DNA of 64,000 nt from NCBI RefSeq assembly GCF_039654945.1, contig NW_027361750.1:12028001-12092000 (forward strand), read 5' to 3'. The notes beneath the pieces are model-generated. The model was not told where the DNA came from, did no database searches, and saw only the letters and a list, made by a program, of their open reading frames with translations. Origin of the DNA: Dendrobates tinctorius (Eukaryota). This document shows, one piece after another, positions 1-10,068 of the stretch (position 1 is the first letter of the stretch; every line of letters starts with the position of its first letter). The translations under genes were made by a program, and so were the position numbers.

Positions 1-193
1 GGCCAGCGGGAGACCAACGATCAAAAAAAAAGTCCAGGGCTTTTGAGCACGATCAGCGATACCCGGCAGGGGGGCCGGTCGCTGATACCTGTCGCACACA
101 GCGATATCGCTGGTGAGATCGCTGTTGCGTCACAAAACTTGTGACTCAGCAGCGAACTCGCTAGCGATCTTGCTGTGTGTGACGGGGGCTTTA
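1..193. mobile_element. End of a GC-rich MITE-like DNA element (possibly Harbinger-like), cut by the window edge
   Basis: Repeated gatcgctg/cagcgat motifs ending in tgtgtgtgacgggggctt, then an abrupt switch to AT-rich DNA. Confidence 0.4.
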
Positions 194-642
194 CTTAATT
201 CCTCTTCTGGTGATACTGTAAGGAAGTGAAACACTTCACAGTTTTTCCAGAATAGCTCTTTTCATACAGCTCTGACCTAACCTTTATGGCAGCAGTCAGA
301 AGCTGAGTGGTTCTACATAAAGTAGCCGTACCACCCCATGCATTGCTGTACATGTTGCTTGTGGCTAGGGATTTTGGTTATATTTAGCATTATTTGATGG
401 TGTTTTTATTAACCAGCGACTAGATTACATACAAAAGGAAGAATAATTCTAACCAAATAACTTTCACTTTTTATATGCATGCGTCTGGCTTACAAAATAT
501 TTTAAAATGATATGAAAACTGCATGTGACAGTCCAACCTGAAATTCTCATAATGAGAGCATGCTGCGTTTTATATGGAACTGACCTAAAAGCTCAACAAA
601 GCTAAATTCTGTTTTTGTACACAATTTTTATATTTCAATATA

Positions 643-2183
643 CAGTGTGGAAAAAAAGTATTTAGCCAGCCATCAATTGTGCAAGTTCTCCCACTTAAAA
701 AGATGAGAGAGGCCTGTAATTGACATAAGACCACATCAATCAGAGTCAAAATGAGAAAACAAATCCAGAAAATCACCTTGTCTCATTTGGCAAGATTTAT
801 TATGCAAATTATGGTGGAAAATAAGTATTTGGTCATTAACAAAATTTCATCTCAATATTTTGCCATATATCCTTTGTTAGCAATGACAAATGTCAAACGT
901 TTTCTGTAAGTCTTCACAAGGTTGGCATACACTGTTGGTGGAATGTTAGCCCATTCCTCCCTGCAGATCTCCTCTAGAGCAGTGATGTTTTGGGCCTGTC
1001 GCTGGACAAGACGACTTTTTAAATCCCTCCAAAGGTTTTCAATGGGGTTGAGATCTGGAGACTGGCTAGGCCGCTCCAGGACCTTCATATGCTTCTTACG
1101 AAGCCACTCCTTTGTTGACATGGTGGTGTGCTTGGCATTATTATCATGTTGAAAGACCCATCCATGTTTCATCTTCAATGCCCTTGCTGATGGAAGGAGG
1201 TTTGAACTCAAAATTCCACAAAACATGACCCTATTCATTCTTTCATGTACACAGAGCAGTCATCCTCATCCCTTTGCAGAGAAACAGCCTCAAAGCATAG
1301 TGTTGCCACCCCCATGCTTCACAGTAGGTATGGTGTTCTTTGGATGCAACTCGACATTCTATCTCCTCCAAACACGACAAGTTTTGTTTCTACCAAACAG
1401 TTCTACTTTGGTTTCATCAGACCATACGACATTCTCCCAATAATCTTCTTGATAAACGATTTGCTCTCTAGCAAACTTCAGATGGGCCTGGACATAATGT
1501 ACTGGCTTAAGCAGGGGGACACGTCTGGCACTGCAAGATCTGAGTCCCTGACGGCATAGTGTGTTACTGATGGAAGCCTTTGTTACGGTGGTCCCAGCTC
1601 TATGCAGGTCATTCACTAGGTCCCCCCATGTGGTTCTGGGATGTTTGCTCGCAGTTCTTGTCATCATTTTGACGCCAAGGGATGAGATCTTGCGTGGAGC
1701 TCCAGATCCACAGTTCATTTCATCACACCAAGCTGCTTGCCTAATGCAGATTCAGTCTACCCAGCCTCGTGCAGGGCTACAATTTTCTTTCTGGTGTCCT
1801 TCAACAGCTCTTTGATCTTCACCATAGTGGAGTTTGGAGTGTGACTGTTTGAGGTTGTAGACAGGTGTCTTTTATACTGATAACAAGTTCAAACAGGTGC
1901 CATTACTACAGGTAATGAGTGGAGGACAGAGGAGCCTCTTAAAGAAGAAGTTACAGGTCTGTGAGAGCCAGAAATCTTGCATGTTTTTAGGTGACCAAAT
2001 ACTTATTTTGCACCATAATTTGAAAAATAAATCTTGCAAATCAGACAAGGTGATTTTCTCGATTTGTTTTCTCATTTTGACTCTCACAGTTGTGGTCTAC
2101 CTATGATGTCAATTACAGGCCTCTCTCATCTTTTTAAGAGGGCGAACTTGCACAATTGGTGGGTGACTAAAATTTTTTTCCCA
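643..2183 (-). mobile_element. Tc1/mariner DNA transposon, decayed
   Basis: Left TIR (ta)cagtgtggaaaaaaagtatttagccagcc...ggcctgtaattgacat is mirrored at about 1975-2183. Transposase fragments: 1359-1718 (VVWSDETK) and 852-1238 ([16 protein letters not shown]). Confidence 0.93.
852..1718 (-). pseudogene. Tc1 DD34E transposase pseudogene, frameshifted
   Basis: WSDETK, QHDN and [11 protein letters not shown] motifs split over two ORFs. Confidence 0.9.
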
Positions 2184-2297
2184 ACAAATATATCGTGGCA
2201 CTACTGCGTTGGTGCACAAAAGAAGGTTCCCACACCAGTATTAATAATATAATACATTTTTGGCACTCAACTTGTTGCAAAGTGAAGGTTTTTATTC

Positions 2298-2355
2298 GCA
2301 GTCTCAATAATTAGATGTTTCGGCTTCTACAAACAAGCCTTCATCAGTAAACTGC
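2298..2355 (-). ncRNA. Minimal type-I hammerhead ribozyme in the PLE-1 3' pLTR, with a stem III mutation
   Basis: CUGAUGA-a-GGCUU/AAGCC-GAAAC-AUC; the two sister copies read GUC. Confidence 0.7.
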
Positions 2356-3953
2356 AAATCAGATACAAGTATACAATACAAGTCAGAGGCTACATAATGT
2401 ATAGTCATTTAAGATAACATACAGCGGATAACATGACAAATTTACAATAGTGCACTAGTGATAGGTGGGACGGGTTGAGGTATAAGGGAAGAAAGGGAAA
2501 TTGGGAAAAAGGAGAAAAAAAGGAGGTATAAAACCTACCCAGACTGCTCTCTGGGAAAGATTTGCAATGTATCTGAAGTGACAGAGAAAAATATATGTAT
2601 ATCCATATATATGTACATATAATGATTGCGCTAAATTAATTAAGAGAACTAAAAGGAATCAATCATTGATCTGTCACTACTCACTCAGTATCAGGACACC
2701 ACTATAATAATGGTGTAAATAGTCTGATCCATATTAGTGATAATTCTTGTATGTGTCTTCAAAAGAAAAAAAGGGGGAAGGGTTGTAACTAAAATAGAAA
2801 GCTAAAATATAAATGCACCAGACTATAGTGATAAGTGAAAATAAAGTATTATAGATACCAACCAGTAAGGATTTGTAAGTGGATTAACCGGTAATAATGC
2901 CGTAAGGAATCCTATACAGGGGGTCTATGAGTTATAAGAAAGATGAAGAAATTACACTCAATGTACTCGAAAATTGAATAAACAATGTGCACCCAATAAA
3001 TCTACTCACTTAATGTCAGGCTAAGAGTCGCCTGTGAGTTCCTGCTCCATAGAATAACTTTTACCACGCTGTGTGATGTGACTGTTAAACAGAAATGCAT
3101 GGTAGATGAGGGGTTAAGTACTGCTTCGAAGTGCGCCTATGTATAGAAATGCTGGGCTAAAGGTGGGCTTACCGTTGGTGGGTGGCGGCGTAGTGTGCCT
3201 TGAGGAACGCGGTATCCACCGCTTGTAACCAGGGTGCCCATAGCTTGTAATGTGGGCTTTAAATAGACGGTGGGCGGGACCCCCTTAGATTGACTGGACC
3301 GCGTCACCGGAAGTGACGTTGCCGGCCATTTGAATGTGCAGACAGGGTTAGGGAAATGTAGGGGCGTGTTATGGGAGGTGGCGCTGGAGTGCACGTCAAC
3401 CCACTGAATGTACAGAAACGTCCCTGCTTTTTAGATTGTAGTGCCGGGCGGATGTTTGTAGGAGGTAGAAAATGTGGGGATATGCATGTGGTATTGTATT
3501 CGAGTGCGATTATGTCTGAAAAAAGACGGGAAAAACGAATGAACTAATTCATGTGAACAGTATGTAGATTGAGCAATCTATGTTAAATTGTTTGGACCAA
3601 TACTGAGAGAAAAATATATTTTGTTTTTCGTTTTGTAGTTTCCTACAATGGAGTGAGATAGGATATCTCAATTAGTATTCTAAATCAAGAGAGATACAAT
3701 AGGATGCAAAATAGAAAATAGTTTTAAAACTATGATATGGAGAAATTAGCTTGAAGGAGGCAGGAAGGGAAAGTCCGAGGGAGGAACAAGGACAATCGGT
3801 GACAATTGCGTGTAGTTCAGAATTGACGACTCTGCAAGATGAAGACAATATATTAGGATCAGGCAATAATAACATGACTTGATGACAAAACTCATTACCA
3901 TATATATGTTTGTTATAATCCCAAGACTATATGACTATATAGTCACAGACCCA

Positions 3954-4976
3954 TTATATGAAGGACAGTAAATCATAGTCTCTATTGAGGCCCTTTGGTG
4001 CTAAAGTTTGTAGTTCATGTATCCAAAAGGCCTCTCTTCTCTTTAGGAGTTGGACACGGTTACCACCTCTTCGTGGGAGGGGCACATGTTCGATAACACA
4101 AAATTTTAGCTGAGGAACGGTGTGGCCTGCCGTAACAAAGTGATATGGTAAAGGCAATAATGTATTTCCACACCTGATTGTGGATTTGTGTTTGCTTATG
4201 CGGTCCTTGATAGACTGGGTGGTTTCACCAATGTATAAAAGACCGCAAGGGCACTTAATCAGGTATACCACATATGATGTGTCACAAGTGGAGAAGTCCT
4301 TAATTCGGTAACGTTTCCCAGAGTGGGGGTGATGGAAATAATCTCCCTTAAGTACGTTATTACATTGATTACAATGTAGACACGGGTAAGTACCTGTTTT
4401 GGGTGTTGAGAGAAATCTTTGTGTAGTTGATCTTACTCCTGGGCCTATGTCTGCTCTGATTAAGGTGTCCCTAATGTTTTTAGGGCATTTGTAGCACGGT
4501 AAAAAATTCTGTTGAAATTCTGTGACCTCTGGATGAGCCTCCTTTAGAATGCCCCAATGTCTACGTATCGAGCGATGTAAGATCTGCGCATATGGATGAT
4601 ATGTGTGGACAAAGGGTAAACGTCCTGAAACCCCACTATAATTCTGGGTCGGGGGTTGTCGTGCTTGATCTAGTAGATCTGGAGGATAGCCCCTTGTGCG
4701 AAACTTATTATGTATCTCATTCAGTCTGATACTGCTGATTGTCGGATCAGAGACAATCCGTTTGACCCTCTTAAATTGTGACACAGGTATAGATTTTTTG
4801 GTGGAGGGGGGATGTAAACTCTTGTAGTGTAACAGACTGTTACGGTATGTGGTTTTGACGTATAAGTCAGTGCTCAAGTGTCCCTCCACACTCTTTATGA
4901 CCTTTGTATCTAAAAAACTCACTGTATGTTCTTCTCTGGTCATAGTGAAAGATAGGCCCAGCCAGGCCATATTCAA
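3954..4976 (-). CDS. PLE-1 RT thumb, Cys-rich linker and GIY-YIG endonuclease, separated from the RT core by a frameshift at a T8 run
   Basis: VSFLDT, CLHCNQC linker, VVYLIKCPCGLLYIGET, RISKHKS, REAFWI, PKGLN. Confidence 0.92.
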   Translation of the reverse strand: MNMAWLGLSFTMTREEHTVSFLDTKVIKSVEGHLSTDLYVKTTYRNSLLHYKSLHPPSTKKSIPVSQFKRVKRIVSDPTISSIRLNEIHNKFRTRGYPPDLLDQARQPPTQNYSGVSGRLPFVHTYHPYAQILHRSIRRHWGILKEAHPEVTEFQQNFLPCYKCPKNIRDTLIRADIGPGVRSTTQRFLSTPKTGTYPCLHCNQCNNVLKGDYFHHPHSGKRYRIKDFSTCDTSYVVYLIKCPCGLLYIGETTQSIKDRISKHKSTIRCGNTLLPLPYHFVTAGHTVPQLKFCVIEHVPLPRRGGNRVQLLKRREAFWIHELQTLAPKGLNRDYDLLSFI

Positions 4977-4980
4977 TTTA

Positions 4981-6222
4981 TTATAAAAAAAATGTGTCTA
5001 GTGTATCAGCCGGCCCCGTCCAAATGCAAAAAATGTCATCGATAAATCTCTTCCACAATTTGCAGTGGGTTTTAAAGGAAGCGTCAGGATAGACAATATC
5101 ATCTTCAAATGTTGCCATAAATGTGTTTGCATAGGGGGACGCGACATTAGACCCCATTGCGGTCCCTTTGGTCTGTAGATAGAATGTGTCCCCAAAAAGA
5201 AAGTAGTTCTTAGTGAGTACGAGGGTTAACAATTCAATACAAAAGTCTATCATATTGCTATCCATCTCAGATCTAGACAGGTGTCTCTTTACGCAATCAA
5301 TACCTAATTCATGTGGAATTGATGTGTACAAATCTTTAACATCAAAGGACACGAGAAAGGAGTCTCCAGGGACAGGACCTAAATTTCGTAGAATTTTAAG
5401 GAAATCACCTGTATCTAATAAAAAAGAAGGTGCTTGTCTCGTAAGAGGAGTCAGAATTTTTTCCAAAAGAATGGATAATGGTGATAAGATGGAATCAGTT
5501 GACGCTACTATGGGTCGGCCAGGGGGACAATCTAATCTCTTATGGATCTTGGGAAGAATATAGAATACTGGAGTGATGGGATCAGTTTTAATCAAAAAGT
5601 CATGTGTTTTGATGTCAATTATACCCCATGTGGTATAGTCTGTAACTACAGAATTTATACAGTCTCTAATATTCCTCACTGGATCGTGAGGTAGGACTGT
5701 ATAGACAGAGCTATCATTTAATTGGCGCAACACTTCACACATGTAATCATGTTTGTCCATCACTACAATAGCTCCACCCTTGTCAGCAGGTTTAATAATG
5801 ATATTAGGGTCTTGACGAAGTGCCTCCAAAGCCTGGAAGTCCACTGTGTAAAGATTGGGAGAGACGTGCAGATCGCCTCTCTCTATATCCTGACGTAGTC
5901 TAAGGAATGCCTTATCAATGAATTCGATAAATGATTCGACCGCATGTGAACACGATGGTGGCCGATAGGTGCTTTTATTACGAAGTCCCAGGCGGTCGAT
6001 CGAAATAGGGCATGGAGTGATGGATTGAAGTCCGAGTGCCTCCTTGTCCTTTTTCGCAAAATGAACCAGTAATCTGATGCGGCGGTAGAATCGCTGCAGA
6101 TCCATGTCCATTTGAAACGTACTGAATTTGAAGGAAGGGCAGTATGACAAGCCCTTTTGAAGAAGATTATTCTCTGCTATGCTAAGGGACCTAGAGGAAA
6201 TGTTGACCACTAGGGATTCCAT
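4981..6222 (-). CDS. PLE-1 reverse transcriptase, frame open upstream to 6342
   Basis: VVNIS, KGLSY, IIKPADKGG, FYILPKIHK, PGRPIV, FDVKDLYTSIP, GTAMGS and WKRFIDD motifs. Confidence 0.93.
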   Translation of the reverse strand: MESLVVNISSRSLSIAENNLLQKGLSYCPSFKFSTFQMDMDLQRFYRRIRLLVHFAKKDKEALGLQSITPCPISIDRLGLRNKSTYRPPSCSHAVESFIEFIDKAFLRLRQDIERGDLHVSPNLYTVDFQALEALRQDPNIIIKPADKGGAIVVMDKHDYMCEVLRQLNDSSVYTVLPHDPVRNIRDCINSVVTDYTTWGIIDIKTHDFLIKTDPITPVFYILPKIHKRLDCPPGRPIVASTDSILSPLSILLEKILTPLTRQAPSFLLDTGDFLKILRNLGPVPGDSFLVSFDVKDLYTSIPHELGIDCVKRHLSRSEMDSNMIDFCIELLTLVLTKNYFLFGDTFYLQTKGTAMGSNVASPYANTFMATFEDDIVYPDASFKTHCKLWKRFIDDIFCIWTGPADTLDTFFL

Positions 6223-6956
6223 ACCTGGGATCTCGTGATCCTGTTCGTATCTGAATTTCTTCCTTCGTTGGCTGCGGCGAATCCTCTTCTGCGTGGACGT
6301 CTTCTTCGCTGATCTAAAAAATACGAGGACCGATATTCTCTCCTATCCGTTTCAGAGCCCGACGTGGAAGGATCGTTAGAGGATTGCTGCTCAAACCTAG
6401 AAGAGTTGGAACGAGAGGCAATGTTATAGCGCCAATGATAGACCCTATTGTTATTATAATCCTCTGTGTCCCTTTGGAATTTGATTCTCTTTCTCTGTTC
6501 AGTATCACGTTTATGTTGGTCAATAACCCCTTTAAGTTTATCTTTCAGAGTGGTGAGTTCTTCAGATGTACTAGAAGAGGCCAGTTGTGACTCAATATTT
6601 TTTATATTGTCACGGCTCTTGTTTATGGATATCTGCAGGTGCTCGACAGTGAGAGTCATTAAATCAAACGAGCATTTATTTAATATTTGTTCAAATTTCT
6701 GGCAAAAATCTGTGGAGTCACTGAAAAGTGTTGGTCGTAGCGGGACCCGAAGTCCTCTTGGAATGCGTTGGACTCGGAGATATTCTGATAATGTTGCACA
6801 GTGTAGCTCAAGATTCGTCTGATGTCTTAATTCACGCTCTAGGTCTTTCCCTCTTGTCTCCTTGGGTGGAACTTTAAGAAAATCACTAGAGAAACTAAGC
6901 TTGGACAAAATTGCATTAGTTTCTTCTTGGTTGTATGAGAAGGTTAAAGAGGACAT
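6210..6956 (-). CDS. PLE-1 ORF1: N-terminal helical/coiled-coil domain with Arg/Ser-rich tail, 248 aa from ATG 6956
   Basis: IPRGLR...ILNKCS-LM and KFQRD--DY---VY-W motifs. IPRGLR matches IPKGLW in the fused N-terminus of the 886-aa PLE-2 ORF. C-terminal RRRRPRRR. Confidence 0.85.
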   Translation of the reverse strand: MSSLTFSYNQEETNAILSKLSFSSDFLKVPPKETRGKDLERELRHQTNLELHCATLSEYLRVQRIPRGLRVPLRPTLFSDSTDFCQKFEQILNKCSFDLMTLTVEHLQISINKSRDNIKNIESQLASSSTSEELTTLKDKLKGVIDQHKRDTEQRKRIKFQRDTEDYNNNRVYHWRYNIASRSNSSRFEQQSSNDPSTSGSETDRREYRSSYFLDQRRRRPRRRGFAAANEGRNSDTNRITRSQVWNP

Positions 6957-7106
6957 AGTAGCCAGTGTGCACACGTAAGGGTGAATAGATCAACAAATAT
7001 ATCGTGGCACTACTGCGTTGGTGCACAAAAGAAGGTTCCCACACCAGTATTAATAATATAATACATTTTTGGCACTCAACTTGTTGCAAAGTGAAGGTTT
7101 TTATTC

Positions 7107-7164
7107 GCAGTCTCAATAATTAGACGTTTCGGCTTCTACAAACAAGCCTTCATCAGTAAACTGC
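7107..7164 (-). ncRNA. Minimal type-I hammerhead ribozyme in the PLE-1 5' pLTR
   Basis: gcaguuua-CUGAUGA-a-GGCUU(guuuguag)AAGCC-GAAACGUC-uaa...agacugc. Confidence 0.8.
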
Positions 7165-8126
7165 AAATCAGATACAAGTATACAATACAAGTCAGAGGCT
7201 ACATAATGTATAGTCATTTAAGATAACATACAGCGGATAACATGACAAATTTACAATAGTGCACTAGTGATAGGTGGGACGGGTTGAGGTATAAGGGAAG
7301 AAAGGGAAATTGGGAAAAAGGAGAAAAAAAGGAGGTATAAAACCTACCCAGACTGCTCTCTTGGAAAGATTTGCAATGTATCTGAAGTGACAGAGAAAAA
7401 TATATGTATATCCATATATATGTACATATAATGATTGCGCTAAATTAATTAAGAGAACTAAAAGGAATCAATCATTGATCTGTCACTACTCACTCAGTAT
7501 CAGGACACCACTATAATAATGGTGTAAATAGTCTGATCCATATTAGTGATAATTCTTGTTTGTGTCTTCAAAAGGGGGAAGGGTTGTAACTAAAATAGAA
7601 AGCTAAAATATAAATACACCAGACTATAGTGATAAGTGAAAATAAAGTATTATAGATACCAAACAGTAAGGATTGCCTGATCCTAATATATTGTCTTCAT
7701 CTTGCAGAGTCGTCAATTCTGAACTACACGCAATTGTCACCGATTGTCCTTGTTCCTCCCTCGGACTTTCCCTTCCTGCCTCCTTCAAGCTAATTTCTCC
7801 ATATTATAGTTTTAAAACTATTTTCTATTTTGCATCCTATTGTATCTCTCTTGATTTAGAATACTAATTGAGATATCCTATTTCACTCCATTGTAGGAAA
7901 CTACAAAACGAAAAACAAAATATATTTTTCTCTCAGTATTGGTCCAAACAATTTAACATAGATTGCTCAATCTACATACTGTTCACAAGAATTAGTTAAT
8001 TCGTTTTTCCCGTCTTTTTTCAGACATAATCGCACTCGAATACAATACCACATGCATATCCCCACATTTTCTACCTCCTACAAACATCCGCCCGGCACTA
8101 CAATCTAAAGAGCAGGGACGTTTCTG

Positions 8127-8488
8127 TACATTCAGTGGGTTGACGTGCACTCCAGCGCCACCTCCCATAAGACGCCCCTACATTTCCCTAACCCTGTCTG
8201 CGCATTCAAATGGCCGGCAACGTCACTTCTGGTGACGCGGTCCAGTATACATTCAGTGGGATGACATGCACTCCAGCGCCACCTCCCACAACACGCCCCT
8301 ACATTTCTCTAACCCTGTCTGCGCATTCAAATGGCCGGCAACGTCACTTCCGGTGACACGGTCCAGCATACATTCAGTGGGATGACGTGCACTCCAGCGC
8401 CACCTCCCACAACACGCCCCTACATTTCTCTAACCCTGTCTGCGCATTCAAATGGCCGGCAACGTCACTTCCGGTGACGCGGTCCAGT
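8127..8488 (+). repeat. Three tandem copies of a 121-bp CpG-rich unit in the inverted PLE-1 UTR
   Basis: Units start at 8127, 8248 and 8369. Only one unit is present in the other UTR copy (~3293-3413). Confidence 0.92.
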
Positions 8489-9423
8489 CAATCTAAGGGG
8501 GTCCCGCCCACCGTCTATTTAAAGCCCACATTACAAGCTATGGGCACCCTGGTTACAAGCGGTGGATACCGCGTTCCTCAAGGCACACTACGCCGCCACC
8601 CACCAACGGTAAGCCCACCTTTAGCCCAGCATTTCCATACGTAGGCGCACTTCGAAGCGGTACTTAACCCCTCATCTACCATGCATTTCTGTTTAACAGT
8701 CACATCACACAGCGTGGTAAAAGTTATTCTATGGAGCAGGAACTCACAGGCGACTCTTAGCCTGACATTAAGTGAGTAGATTTATTGGGTGCACGTTGTT
8801 TATTCAATTTTCGAGTACATTGAGTGTAATTTCTTCATCTTTCTTATGACTCATAGACCCCCTGTATTGGATTCCTTACGGCATTATTACTGGTTAATCC
8901 ACTTACAAATCCTTACTGGTTGGTATCAAATACTTTATTTTCACTTATCACTATAGTCTGGTGCATTTATATTTTAGCTTTCTATTTTAGTTACAACCCT
9001 TCCCCCTTTTTTTCTTTTGAAGACACATACAAGAATTATCACTAATATGGATCAGACTATTTACACCATTATTATAGTGGTGTCCTGATACTGAGTGAGT
9101 AGTGACAGATCAATGATTGATTCCTTTTAGTTCTCTTAATTAATTTAGCGCAATCATTATATGAACATATATATGGATATACATATATTTTTCTCTGTCA
9201 CTTCAGATACATTGCAAATCTTTCCAAGAGAGCAGTCTGGGTAGGTTTTATACCTCCTTTTTTTCTCCTTTTTCCCAATTTCCCTTTCTTCCCTTATACC
9301 TCAACCCGTCCCACCTATCACTAGTGCACTATTGTAAATTTGTCATGTTATCCGCTGTATGTTATCTTAAATGACTATACATTATGTAGCCTCTGACTTG
9401 TATTGTATACTTGTATCTGATTT

Positions 9424-9481
9424 GCAGTTTACTGATGAAGGCTTGTTTGTAGAAGCCGAAACGTCTAATTATTGAGACTGC
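9424..9481 (+). ncRNA. Minimal type-I hammerhead ribozyme in the PLE-1 inverted copy
   Basis: ctgatga at 9432-9438, stem II ggctt/aagcc, gaaacgtc at 9458-9465, stem I tta/taa plus gcagt/actgc. Confidence 0.8.
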
Positions 9482-9880
9482 GAATAAAAACCTTCACTTT
9501 GCAACAAGTTGAGTGCCAAAAATTTATTATGTTATAAAAAAATTTTCCCTACTGAAGATTTTTAAAGCCCCTTTCTAATGTCTTAATGTATACTTCTGTG
9601 CTGTATATGTATTTACTTAGCTAACATTATGTGAACAGGGCTTAACTAATATCCAGCTGCACCATTTTATGTTTGCTGTGTGAAAAATGCCCTAAGACTG
9701 CTGTTTTTTTCTTTCTAGATACTTTTATTATTTTACATAATTTAAGATAAGGAGGAACGTTTGCCAAAGCTGGTACAAAAACAAAATAGAGCAGTTGTCC
9801 ATAGCCACCAATGAAGTTGCAGCTTTCATTTTTCAAAAAGCTTCTTAAAATTATAAGGGAGAATCTGATTGTTTGATCTT

Positions 9881-10068
9881 TTATTATTATTATTATTGTT
9901 ATTATTATTATTATTATTTAGATAGCGCCATTAATTCCATGGTGCTGTACATGAGAAGGGGGTTACATACAAAGTTATAGATATCGTTAACAATAAACAA
10001 ATTTACAATGACAGACTGGTACAGAGGGGAGGGGACCCCGTGCTTGCGAATTTACATTCTACGGGATA
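9881..10068 (-). mobile_element. L2-type LINE 3' end with (TAA)n tail
   Basis: (tta)n followed by tagcgcc...gtgctgtaca, resembling the L2 3' end at 37447. Confidence 0.6.

Larger units (their letters stand above)
2184..9535 (-). mobile_element. PLE-1: Neptune-type Penelope-like retroelement with long 3' UTR, partial 5' pLTR and inverted 3' UTR copy
   Basis: RT and GIY-YIG ORFs. 6993-7673 directly repeats 2184-~2873. 7672-9535 is the reverse complement of ~3867-2246. Each repeat copy carries a hammerhead core. Confidence 0.95.

Noticed and set aside
4975-4995. Second in-phase TTTTTTA at the RT/endonuclease ORF break of PLE-1 as a programmed frameshift
   Set aside because: Rejoining the frames needs +1 (or -2), not -1. 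The break falls inside the RT just after the YIDD-type motif, at a T8 run, so a copy-specific indel or sequencing error is more likely.
6210-6228. CAG|GTATGG splice donor or stop-restart coupling as the ORF1/RT link
   Set aside because: Not excluded, but I saw no nearby acceptor that keeps the VVNIS motif. The slippery heptamer and open -1 overlap explain the layout better.
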